From Tubiluchus corallicola (lineage: Eukaryota > Animalia > Priapulida): a stretch of DNA of 64,000 nucleotides. The notes under the pieces are model-generated. The model was not told the DNA's origin, ran no database searches, and saw nothing but the letters and a program-made list of their open reading frames with translations. Below, piece after piece: positions 24,401-37,100 of this stretch; the first letter of the stretch is position 1; each line of letters opens with the position of its first letter. The stretch covers positions 178,686-242,685 of the forward strand of contig JAQGDQ010000357.1 of assembly GCA_030141605.1 (NCBI GenBank), in the 5' to 3' direction. Position numbers and translations under genes: made by a program.

Positions 24401-27400
24401 TACAAATCAACAGATTAGAATTTAAATTGTCAAAATAAACGTGGATGTAACTAGTTGAAATTGCAAAGAAATTCACCTTATGTGAAATTCAAAGTAATGA
24501 CAGCAGTATTTCATTATGTAGACTTAGACTAATTGTTTACCTTGTTATGACCTTTTCTGGATCTCATATAAGGTGAAATTATTTAATTTCTCTGCAATTT
24601 CAACTAGTTACATCCATGTTTATTTTGACAATTTAAATTCTAATCTGTTGACTTGTATTTACATTTTGTGCCTTTGTATTTTAGCATCATCATTGTACCA
24701 ACTATGCCTTTTTTGCTTGTTTTTAATGTGTATCGAAAATGACTGTAATAGCCAAAACAATTGTCCGTGCTCAGTAAACATGTCGATTGGTAGAGGCTGG
24801 CTCTTTCACATGTTTTCATTTGGAATGATTCCTTCAGACCATTTTGGTCTGAGAAGGGCGTGCTTCTTCGCTTCATGCGTAAAATGACCACCAGTTCATA
24901 TGATAATTGATGTATTACTTGTTGCCAAAGATGCAGCTGGAGTGAATGACTCGTCTGAATGAAGCATCTCTTAAGCACTTTACAAATTAATACTTAATGT
25001 GTCAATGCCTAATGTTCATTGACCAGTGCACAAATCACCACATTTCAGATGCTTTGCGGGCTGCCAGTAATTCGGTGGCTTGAATTACAATATGATAATA
25101 GTGCCATATTGGTTCACTTTATTTTATGTAAATCTAATACAGGATGTTGGAAATTGCATGATGAATCTATTTTGTACTGTTAATAAGACAGAGTACAGGA
25201 AGTCACTGAGCTCTTCTAATAGCTTAAAATTTGTTGAAAAAAGTGTTGATGGAGGCTTGCTAACTTTAGTTAAAGTCTTGGTTTAGTAATTAAAGCTGTT
25301 TTGTTGTAAATGCTATTTTAAACTCTGAGAAATTCAGAGTATTGATGTAAATTATTAGTTCTACTAAATTTTGCAGTAAATGATAATATGATTTTTAAGA
25401 TTTATGATTAATATAAGGCTGGTTCAAGAGTTTGTTTTATATTTCTTTTTTTAAAAAACTTGTCTTGCTGTGTTTTCATATCATTTTAAAATTCTATATT
25501 TTGTACGTATGAAATTATGAATTGTAACTCTTCATATATAAAGTTTGAGCATCTTTAAAGCCCATGATTTTTAGCAGTCGTAGTTTAGAATGATAATTTT
25601 TGATGACCACATCTTTTTTCTAGGTTTCTCATTAATTATGCACCGTTTGATTTGGCATATAAATTATGCAAGTTTGCACCGCTTTTCACGGCCCTGCAAT
25701 TAGTGGTGCAGGTCCGCCGAACGAAGAGAATAACCATCGGCATCGACATGGGCCTAGCAAAAACTGATAATAACATTATTGCCATATGTTGTGGTGTAAC
25801 TTTTGGTAGGATATGTTAAAAATTACATTGTACATGTTTTGGCAGCCATTTTGTATTTGCTAGAAAACAGCAAAAGGAAAACTCATTGATTTACTGTTAG
25901 AGCATATCATTAGTACTGTAAAGCAATTTATTAAAGCGATCTGTTAGTTTAACTTAAAAAAGTATTTTTTCACAAATTATTCTTATTAAATTGCATTTAT
26001 GGTTACTACTATAAAGATTTATTAAAAAATGTCAAAAATTGACAAATATTTCTGTTTTCAACAAAGAAAATCGCTGTCAAATTATTGAGGCTCAAGTAGT
26101 ATTTCCTTAAAGAGTGCAGCATAATTAATAGATCTGTCTAAAGTGTCTGTGTATAGATAATTTCATATTTTATTTAGCTGATAATAGTTTACTACATGTT
26201 GCATCATGACAGCAATGGTGGAAATCTTATGATGTCACTTGCTTGCATTCTTTCTGGAAGCTGCTTCTTTGCAGATTTTTCTCAGTTGCACATTCTCCTG
26301 TCTTTTCTTATTAACTATTCTGGTGATTCGTCGGTAACTAAGCCTTACCTGTTTTTCTCAGGTACGTAATCAACTACACCCCGTTCGATTTGTCCTACAA
26401 GCTTCTCAAGCTGTTACCCTTTAAACTAGTCATCTGCTCTATGAAGGAGATTTTCAGGGCTAAAAAGGTTCATATAGGAGTAACCAAAGCTATGAGCGTG
26501 TATCCAGATGCCTACTTAATCATGGTGACGGTCGGGGTAGTCTATTGTGAGTTTTAATGCCCTCTTGCATGTTAGTTACTGCGTCTGGGCAGACTGTTAT
26601 GTGTTTGATGCAAAATTTGCACTGCTGCAATGCTTGTTTTTAAAGTTAAATTAGTCTGCTGGTTTGTTACTTGTTTAAAGTTAGATTGTGCTGCTAGAAT
26701 GCTACCTGTGCATATAAAGCCAAGTTTATGTTTTGCATTTTAGGCTAAAATTGTTCTTTTGAAAATGTTTGATCACAGTGAGTATTTGCTGCTAAAAAGG
26801 TGTGCTATTTTGTTGTTGTTTGAATGGCTTGTAGCTGTGTCTGAAGCTGATGTCTTAGAATAACTGCAATTAAATTGTTTCTGGCTAAAACATTTTTTTG
26901 TTTTCAATTAGGCTTAAGACTAGCTTTTTTATCGAGAAAGGCATACAAATTTACAGGTTAATCCTAACTTAAAATATCGTCCGTGTTTGAAGAGCTTTGT
27001 GTTGTTCTGTTGGAATGTAACGTTTGATGCAAATTTTAATGTTGGCAATAAAACTTGGCATTTCATCTTAATTAGCCATGCCTGAGTGCTTTGTGGTTGA
27101 GCATGTCATTCGTAAGGTGTGTTTTTTGTGTGCGTCTCTCTAGAATTTTGATTTAAACTAAATCAACATGTTATACTTGTTATGCAGTTGATAATTTGGG
27201 ACTGAACTTGCATGCTCTGATTTCATTTTTACATGCTAAATTATATTCTTAGAGTTTGTGTATTTGCAGCTGCTGCATGTTTGATGACGAAATGCAGTGT
27301 TAAAAAGTTACACATTTGTATTTAGTGGTCTGCGTTTATTAACCTGTTAAAACTTTATAGGTTTGAGACTAAATTAAGCTACTTTGCTCACCTGCGTTAC

Positions 27401-28901
27401 TACTGTCCTGCTTGTTATCACCGCATTCTATAAAGACCTTCGTTATTTACACCTGCGTCTTTCAACGAATGCCACCGGCTACTGATGTGGCTTCCTTAAG
27501 TAATCATAATTTAGCAGATTAACATCCGATTCATCCACACAAAGTTATTAGTGATTTGCAGTGGACATTGGTCATTCATGAATGTTAATATTATTTTCCG
27601 TTTTTGCTAAAATATTCATTAATTTAGCATGTGTTATGTTTTTCGAGTTTCTACACAGCTGTGCACGTTTAAGCTTTGCTTATGTCTGTTCTGTACTAAC
27701 TATTGCTATCAATAGAAATATTTTTGAACTAACTTAATTTTAAAACCTAGATCAGCCTTGTGGGCTCGTGGCATCTACATGTTTGTGTTGTTATTAGACT
27801 GATGTATGTTGAATTTCGCTCCTTCAACAAATTTACTTAAAAAGTCAAAATCAGTTATTGATTTCAATTTGTTTTCGTTGACTGAATGGAATTCGCAACA
27901 AAGTAGAATTGTTGAAGGACAAAGCACAAAAACGTACAGTGAGCGTGTTTCATGTGTTCGCAAAAGCTGAAATTGAAGCACAGTGCTATTGTACAACATT
28001 CAGTGTCATATACAAAAACTCGACAAATTGTAAATTTAAAATTCAAATTTCAAGTTTACAGTTGTGTTCTCGCATGAGCTCTCAAACGTGTGCACTATGT
28101 TACAACCGAACACTTCTTAATTGAGAGGTACAGCACCTGTTCTGTGTGCAACTCGTTTCCAAAATGCAGGCGTTAGTGCCCCTCTAACTAACGCATGCAT
28201 GTAAGCGGAATGCATGTAAGAGCAAAGAGCTAATTATGCGAATACGCAATTGCATTTCTCTGGTAATAAGTCTAGAAAAGTAGTATGTTCTCTTTCAATA
28301 TTGTTTGGAGTAGATTGTTTTGAGTTATAGTTTAAGATTAGATCCAATTTTCCTTTAATATCTAGTTGTTTACTTGCACAGTGGCTCACTCTCAGGAATA
28401 CTTGAAATGATTATGTGTGGGTTAAACCATTGAAAGAGAGTCTCGTCACTTCAAATAAACGTGCTGGCAGCAAGTTTCTTACAAACGTCATTTGGAGATC
28501 TCATCTTATCTCTTCACTTGGTTTATTAACCTTCAACCAAGGGCATTTCAGTCCCGCTGTTTGATTTAATTTGAATTGATTGTGTTACTGCGTTACTCCT
28601 GTGCCAATCAATCAACTTGGAAGAAATTTTGTTTTCAAATTAAAAAAAGTTATTAAGGCATTTAGTTTTCGCACTGAAATGCTGCTGATTTGGTTTGTGA
28701 TGTTAGAAAAGTCAGAAGACTTTGGAGTCAGATTTTTGAGTCAGTATCATTAATTGTTTTTGGAAATTAGAATTTTACAAATTCCTGGAATTAAATTTTT
28801 ACGTTTTTTAATTGAAATTAGATTAATTTAGTTAGTTTTTACTAATTTTCATTAACATCTTAACATCGGTACCACCAGTCCTTCAGTTTCACTAGTAAAA
28901 A

Positions 28902-28933
<32 letters not shown>

Positions 28934-31613
28934 CATCATTATCGTCATCATCATCATTATTATTTTAGTTGAATGTTAAATAATTTTTTTCAACATCATA
29001 TTACATGTCAATTTGGTGGACACTGTCTGTGTACCATTTAACCAAGATTAGGTAGTTGCCATTTGTGAAAATCATTGCCTGTTTGTTTTTTGGGTTTCAA
29101 ACAGTGTAACTTATTTTTCTAAACTGTCATACGAAAAACGCAAATGAATTTCATTGCAGTTGTGAAGAACAAGCTATAGAAATTTGCCGGCATTATTTAT
29201 TGGGAAACTTTTGAAGGTTGTAAAAAAACAACCTCCTGTAATACTGCTTCTATTGCATTCCAAAATGGAATTTTTGTTTCTGATTTTACTGCTTTTGTCG
29301 TGCAGCTGGTGCTAAAGTGTTTTTGTTTTTGGTTCAGGGTGTGTGTGTGTGTTTTCTGGGAAAATTTTAATTGGTAAATGGAATCCAAATCAACAGCATA
29401 AGGTGAAAGCTTACCATGTCAAAATGACCTGTCGAACCTGCATCAGTCATCTAAGAATGCCCTATAATGATAAAACCAATACTTACAAATAAGATGTTTG
29501 CTCACTGTGCATTTGATGGCATGTTTTCCTTAAGATATTCATATTTAATTGAATGTGGCATTGAAATTTGTTGCTGTGAGACATTTTATTTTGTTGCGAA
29601 TTCCATGACAATAAGTAAAAAAAATTACAAAGTAAAATAAAGTATGCATCACGGTTATTTCTTTAATATGCGATTCTCTACTTAAATAATTTCATTATTT
29701 TTGATGTTTTTTTAGTGAATCATAATCATTTAAACTCTTACTGAATTAAATTGGCACTTTTCGGAAATTGTCGTAAAAACAAATTTTAGATGTTCTGGGA
29801 ACTCCAGGTTTTTCAATTAGGCTGGTATTTATTGTTTACGTTTTTCTACTGGTGTAATCATAGCATAAATATGCGCATGGCGTCGCACGTGGAATTACTG
29901 TTTCTGTCTCTATTTGTTTGTGCAATGTTTATAGACGTTCTGGCGGTGCCAGAAAGCTGATTGATATTGAAATTGAGTTCCTTTGGTTATTTTGTTAATA
30001 TAGCATGCGGTAGCAACATGATCAGGACGTTTGAGAGGCTCGTCAGGGGCGTGTGGACTCCAGGACAGCATGAAGCGCTTCAGCCCACGTTGTGAGTGAT
30101 ATATCACTGATATTGCTTAGTATATTATTGTAGTTTGATGTATGGTACAGTGCCTAGCATAATTTGAGATGTCTTATACGCTTATTGAATTATTAAATTC
30201 AGATACAGTAGTTTCAATTTTAATTTCTATTTACTTGTCTCATACTGCAAGTTTACATATTACAAAGTTTTAGTAATGGTTAATATTGTAGCTAAAAAAG
30301 TGACAGTGTGGAGAAAGACCCTATGGTCACTGCGTCCACCAGACACTCAAAATACCATTATATTAGTTTTTGTCGGTGGTGTTAATAAGCAGCTTGTTGT
30401 ACAGTATCTCTAAATATTGTTATTAATTAGAATTAGGTAGAATTCTTGTTCAACAGCAACACATTATAATTTATGTAGAATGTATAAGGAAAAAACTAAT
30501 GCGATAACATGTCAATGATACATAGCAGAAGCAACAGTAATTCTAACCTTGATAAAACTCAATAAAAACATTCAAATTACAGAAGATTTTAACTTTTAAA
30601 ACAGGCAAAAATGCATTAAAATTGGCAAAATAGTCAACAGCATTGTTACAGCAGAAGCAGAATATACAAAAAAGTAGTAATAGAAATGACACTGTGTATT
30701 TCTGACTTGAATGTAGATGGTTGCACAGCCAACTGTCTAAACTAACACTTCCGTAACCTGTGTGGCAATGTGATTTGTAGAATAAATCAAGCAATATGAC
30801 GATTGCAGGTGCAATCCACTAACACCAGTAAATTGTCTGTTGGGCAGCATGTATCTTATGTAGGAGAAAATTTTTGCAGAATGTGAACGTGAATGCAGAA
30901 CATTAAGGCATCTTTGGTTTCCAAGAAGCACCATACTGATTTGTTTTGGAAATGGTGTTTTTCGATTTTGTGGCAGAATTATGTTACATTCACTTATGGT
31001 CCAAAATGAGAATAATTATTTTATACTTTTGTTCTGGTTGAAGTTGCTAAAGAATTTTATCTCCTACTCTGCGAATCCAAGTTAAGCTAAAGACTGCACC
31101 AATTTCTCTTTTCACATGTGTTATGGTATTTTGAAAAACACCACTGACACTAACACTGCGTCATTATTATTTTTGTTCTATAAGTTCTGGTATTCATTTC
31201 ATAGCAATTATGGCAGAAACTTTGTCATAATTGGAAAGTTATTCCTTTTGTTAAATGTAATGGACTTGCTGTTAAGATTACCACTTATTTTGTTTCGTTC
31301 TTTAATTTGCAGTGTATCGAAAGCCTGTTTGGTAGCTGCCATACTATTTGTCTTGGAGAAGAAAACAGATTACATAAACGTTCCACACTCAGCTGTGTAT
31401 CTCGGAGTAGTCGTCTTTTTCGTGTATTTCAAGCTTTCGTCGCTGTTACTGGGAATTCACGACCCATTCGTACCGTTTGAGAACCTGTTCTGTGCCATTT
31501 TCCTTGGCGGGATGTTTGATGCTCTGCGAGACGCCATACAGTCTACAAAAGAGAAGGCAGCCAAAGTTGACGCAAAAAACGGCAAGGCGGAGAAGGACAA
31601 AAAGCGAGATTAA
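18476..31613 (+). CDS. TMEM38: Trimeric intracellular cation channel (TRIC/TMEM38); exons 18476-18596, 22439-22595, [25624-25805 OR 26362-26546], 30004-30091, 31313-31613 (282 or 283 aa)
   Basis: MFPYFEIAHY; FSRKHPFACWLSSMMMVFAGG..NFLLGE; W(Y/F)xINYxPFD; MKEIFRAKKV; FERLVRGVWTP..HEALQPTF; SKACL; HDPFVPFEN; C-terminal KKRD di-lysine ER signal. All junctions GT-AG with compatible phases. Confidence 0.95.
25624..25805 (+). CDS. TMEM38: TRIC alternative exon 3a (divergent duplicate, 182 nt)
   Basis: ttttttctag acceptor, GTAGG donor; open frame (W)FLINYAPFDLAYKLCKFAPLFTALQLVVQVRRTKRITIGIDMGLAKTDNNIIAICCGVTF; phase 2 in / phase 1 out, same as 3b. Confidence 0.8.
26362..26546 (+). CDS. TMEM38: TRIC alternative exon 3b (canonical-like, 185 nt)
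   Basis: gtttttctcag acceptor, GTGAGT donor; (W)YVINYTPFDLSYKLLKLLPFKLVICSMKEIFRAKKVHIGVTKAMSVYPDAYLIMVTVGVVY. Confidence 0.92.
28903..28962. repeat. Compound (ATT)n/(ATC)n microsatellite
   Basis: Direct reading. Confidence 0.85.
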
Positions 31614-33849
31614 CGGGACGGGGTGTGGACTAGGTTATGTAACTTTAGCAATAATTTTGAGTTGGTGTTATGAACTAGTGCAAGAGAATCAAAAGGTGTT
31701 CCAGTGGCTGTTCACTGCCTGTATTATTCAATGCTGTACGTGTTTCATAACTTTCGTTCACGCAGGTGAGGGAATGTCTAGTGAACAAAGGAACTGCACC
31801 TGGTGAACATTTGTGAGTTCTAACAGGTTTTGTCAAAGAAAAATCAAAGAACAATGGCATATCATTTATTTTGTAACAATTTACTGAACAGCTGGAGCTG
31901 CTGAGAAATTTTACCGTATTTTGCACAATAATGTCAAACAGAATATAAATCTATGGCTGTCAGGCATTTTTCTGCAGAAGTTTCATAGCAGGCTTATACG
32001 AAATGTAATATTTTTGGTCAAGGGACTCATCTTGATATTTTGTTGTTTTTGATATGACCTTTTCAAAAAGCCCAAGGCTTCATCATTTCGAATCAGGTCG
32101 TCATGAAACTGCAAGTGAACATACTAGAACATATTTCGTATCTAGACGGAGTCAGATTTTTGATCTACCATCTTGGGTTCACTGAGTCCCTCGACCAAAT
32201 GTTCGAGTCGTACTTGTGTGTACAGTAACATGAGAATGGGAAATGCGTGTCAATAAAGACAAAAAGTTTCAAAAAGTGTTACAAGTTAGCGGCTTTCTGG
32301 ATAATGTTGTAAGGATCTATGAATTTGTTAGTCTCTTAAATTCTTTTCAGACTTGAGGGTTTTTGGCTTTCTTGTTCACTTTAAATAAACAATAATTAAT
32401 AAGTTGGTCTATGGCTGCAAGAGTGTGCTACTTTTTGCTTTCAGAAATCTGTTTCTCATTTACCTTGAGTTTGAAGCTTCGAGTATTTACAAGAAACAGA
32501 AGTAAAGAAGAGTTCATGCAGTTGTGTGTTGAAAAATGATAAAAGAGGGATAATTTTGCTGTTGCTTGACTTTCTAGTAGACACACATTAAATTTACGCT
32601 TTATGCAGCAAAGGACTGTTATAAACAAGTTTCAGAAATAGCTTGTTTAACCCTTGCCCATCTTTAGCTCAAATAAGTACTCTATGAACTGTTTTCTCAG
32701 TACTGTATACATCTATATGGTACTCATTTAGTTGACTGTCAGTTTTCTATAATAATATTTCAGTATATTAGTTACTGATGTTGTCAGCTATAACAAGTAT
32801 TGCTAGGTATCTAGATAAAGTCATTTATGTATTAGTCTACTAATAGTATGGTTGTTAATTTATTCTTTGTTAAAAAGGTGAAATTAGCTATTCTGACTTA
32901 GTTAGTTTATTCTTGAGTAGCGATAGAGTATTTAAATTAGCTTAAAGTTTTCTGTAAAATCTGACATTAAGCTCATTCTAGACTATCGCTCATTAATATT
33001 GTGAATGAGTGACACTTAGTTACCATTCGTGTAACATGTATTTCAGAGGCGTGTACAAAAGTGTGGCTACACTATCATGCCAGCGAGCAAACGTCTGCAA
33101 GGAAAAAGTGCAAAGAATCTAGGCGTTTGAGTAGATGTTATCGGGACGTCGTATGACTCGAGTTGAAGCTGTCATTTGCACACGTCTACACCCACTTTGT
33201 TGATGTGCAATAGTTTAGACAGAGCTTTAGGTTCCTGTAGTTATTATAATTGGGAAACTATTAAGCCTCTTAAGATCTAGTAACTTTTCTGTCAGACTGT
33301 CATGTCCGTTGCAAACTTGCAAAAAGTGCAAAGCTGGCAATGTGTTTTTTAAGTATTGTTTTGACTAGTCTTAGTGTACAACTGTGTATTTGTAATTTTT
33401 CTCCTAATGGATTATTTTGTGATATCTTTGTATATACCGTTATTATGACAAACTATTATTAGGCTTAATGTTGTAGAATTATAGGTGCATCTTTTGACAC
33501 ACATTTGCAGTAATAATGCACCATTTCTCATCACTATTATTTGTTATTGCATTTATGTAGTACTGCTAGGTTTTTCAGTTTTTAAATATCTATGCAAATT
33601 GTTGTTTTTTCATTTTGGTGCCATATTATGTCTTTTGTGCACCAGCATTAGTCATTACTGATTCATTACTTGTGATTTTAGTTATGGTGTCAGTAAGTAA
33701 CTGTCTAGTATGAAAAAACAAAGCTCAAGTTTTTTTGGCTTGTCATTTAGCAAATCTGCTGTAGCTTTTTGCAAATTATTTCTATTAATCCAAATTCATG
33801 TACTGAAACTGTCTAGTGCTAAAGGGATAATGTTGTGATGACTATATTT

Positions 33850-34160
33850 GAATGTCAGTTCGGTAAGGCAGTGTCTAACAGTATTCTGTGTGCCATCGTT
33901 GGCAACTGCTGACATTCTAATTATGACATTCAGTGAGCCAGAGTTGGCAACTGTTAATTAAATATACTCAGTGTGCCAGTGCTGGTTACTGTAAATTATG
34001 TATTTATGGTATTCAGTCAGGCTGGAAACTGTGTGAATTGTTAATGATGTTCAACACTTGCACCTGCATTGGCAATTGCTAATTTATAGATATTCAATAT
34101 TCCAGCTATTGTAAAGTTGTGCTAATTTGTGGTACCCAGTGACCCAGGTTAGGCAATTCT
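33850..34160. repeat. Degenerate ~40-50-bp minisatellite downstream of the TRIC stop
   Basis: Recurring 'ttcagtg.gccag.gttggcaactg'-like cores separated by AT-rich spacers. Confidence 0.55.
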
Positions 34161-37100
34161 GTTTATTTACAAAAACTAATTACGAGTATAAGCTTGAGAG
34201 GAATACTTGGTTAGTTAACACCAAAGTACTTTGGTATAACTATGGTTAGCTGCATTTCATCATGCATATCGGAAAATTATAAGACTTTGCATTGTCATAC
34301 GGACTGCCTTATTCTCAGTGATTAATTTTTGCAAAGTTAGATTAACTATAGTATCATTAACTATATGACTTGGTAAAATATGTTGGGGCCTCTATTATTT
34401 CAGGGAAATTTTAGGCAGTATATACTACTCAAGATGTCATAATCTTGCAAGGTAAGGTGTCAGAATTTTGAATTGGATAAAGCAGCCTTGGTTTTAAAAT
34501 ACAGTTTTTTTTATAATACATGTACTATTAAAATTGTTCATGGGCTTCCATACCTGTAATTAAACGCGTATTGCATTCTCATCACATTTCTTGTACAATC
34601 TGTACACATGGTGGAAAATAATGTATTTCGTATTGTTGTTCACATTGTATGCGTTTGTATATGTTGAAAACATTTGGTATTTATTCGTAATTAGATACTG
34701 TGGACATCGGATGGCGTTGGGAGAGTTTATCTCGTCTGTCCTATGAGACTGAAGTAATTAAATGGGTACACGAACATGAGATGATTTATTAATAGATAGA
34801 CTTACTATTTCAACTACCTAATGGCAGCCATTTTCAACAGTTCAACAAAATGTGAAGTTTTATTAGCCGTCATGTATAAAGATATGTGTAGAAACTACAA
34901 AACTACCCAAAATTTGATTGCAGGAAGGATTACATTCACGAGATGCAAATATTCGAAGACTTTACATCGATTATTATGCAGACACTGAACTTCCTAGAAG
35001 GTTTCTAGAAGGACTTTAGCTTCTTGATTTAATCATATGTTGTACAAGTTTGAATATTTTGGGAAAAGATTGTATCCACGATACGGAATCTGAATTTAAT
35101 CGACTGCTAGGAAGTAACTGATAATGGCAGACTTTACTACATACGTCAAAAGACATTTAGTAACATGTACATCACTGGTTTCTCTATATTTGTCTATAGG
35201 CAATTTCTCTATAGGCAATGAAAAATTAACCTCATTGGATTTTCATTCTTCAGAAAATGAGCAGTTAAATTTTTTGGCATATGTGATAGTCAAATAACGA
35301 TTAATGGAACCTAAATTCAAATACGATCTCAACATGATCATATATGTTTTATCTTGAAAGGCATTTGTCTCATTGTGAATGTCAACTGTGCAATTGGAGA
35401 CTGTGCAATCCTTAATTGATTGCTATTATCCCAATGAAGTGCTCAATGCTAGTCGCAGTGATTTTACAAAGAATGCGTAAATGATGCTGTGGTCTGTGTT
35501 ATAGCCATGATGACAGTTAGCACAAGACACACTTCTAATATTTGTTCACCAACCTCTGGTAATCCACCAACCATCACCTCTGCAAGTTTTGCTACTTTCA
35601 CAGCTAGTGACGCCTTAGCAAATTCTTCAAATTCAACAAAATGCGAAGTTCTGTCTCTTGAGAACTGCTGCCATTGGGTAATTGAAATTTTGAGTTTGTC
35701 TTTTAGGAAATCATCCCTCGTACTAATTTAATTATTTCAGTATGTTTCGAGGTGTTAGTATATGAATAAAACATCTTAATGAGGCTGAACGACATTTTAG
35801 TGTTAGTTTTACTTGTTAACCAGTTTTACTCCTTGTTACAAATAAATTTCTACAAAAAACTTCTGCTGTATGAATATTTATAACAACTTTATTTAATTTC
35901 AGAACAGTGTTACAGAATTAGAGCACTATAATTTTTGAGAATTCACGCAAAACATTCATACTCACCATTTTCAATTACTTTAAACAACTAGTCAACTGCT
36001 GAAACAGTGAAATGGTAAATAAAATTTAAAAATTATGAACTGCTTTGCTATATACATATAAACATAATTACATCTAAACAATGGCAAACTTTTCTGGCTT
36101 ATGACAACATGCACCAGTTTTACCACTATGATATCACAAAGCACGATTATATCACAAAAATTGATGACTGTACATATTCTGATAATTTCTACATACTTCA
36201 CCGTTTCTATATAGGTTGTTGTTCCCTGAAAACTGACAGTTTTGGTTTAAATTCACAGACAACAAGCAAAGACTTGCAAAAATAATCTGAACATAATTAT
36301 TACTATAATCTGTATATACAAATGCCCCAAAAATGGTGTTCTGACTCGTTCTGTACTAGTCTCAGTTCTAAATATAAATATTTCTTTAAACATTAATGCA
36401 TAAAATGTGAATTGCCCTTTACGTCAATTGCGGACAACGGATGAACAGAATTCTAACAGAGAAAAATAAACGAAGAAGGATTGGTCCCCAAATTCATCTA
36501 TTGAAAAAAAGTGAACTGAACTGAATTGAAAAGAAATTTGTAAATCTGGACATACAGTGATACAACTAATCCAGACAATCCTGTAGTTCTGCTAGTTTAT
36601 ATCATTCCTTGTTGTGACCTCTTTACACACATATGCATCTGGCATAACACATCAAATTGAAGAACTGAAAATTGAACTCATTCTGAGCTATTGCATTTTA
36701 TGTTTGCATATTAGCAGAAGCTGAATAATTCCACAGTCCAAAGTTGCATTAATTAGACATGCTATCTAATAAAGGTCGTGAAATTATCGTCTTTATGAAG
36801 TGAAAAAGGGGAAGGTAGTAACAAAAGTACAAACCAAAGTCTCTACGAGTCACAAAAATTATAAATGTTGTCTTCCTCATTTTCTTCGAAATTTATAGGT
36901 AACTAAATTTTTGACGAATTTTAGAAATAAATGTACTGCATTCAAGTTGGAACTCAACATTCAATGGTAGAGCCTACTTAATAGAGATGGTTGTGGCAAG
37001 ACTAGAACCTAGTTAATAAGGACAGTTATGGCCGGGGTAGAATCCAGTTCATTATTAAGGCTAAGAAGAGACACCGAATAGAGAGAATGGCAATTTATTA

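Noticed and set aside
24685-24742. Possible third TRIC exon-3 variant or alternative last exon (ttttag|C IIIVPTMPFLLVFNVYRK*)
   Set aside because: Stops after ~19 codons, has only a trace of similarity to INYxPFD and no fitting donor; likely chance in T-rich intron.
31116-31312. N-terminal part of the 165-aa ORF (similarly intronic extensions of ORFs at 39742, 43112, 48083, 51927 and 61208)
   Set aside because: Read-through into intron or UTR; homology begins and ends at the splice sites given.
33850-34160. CRISPR-like repeat/spacer appearance
   Set aside because: Repeats are highly degenerate, spacing is irregular, no cas genes, and the context is an animal genome.
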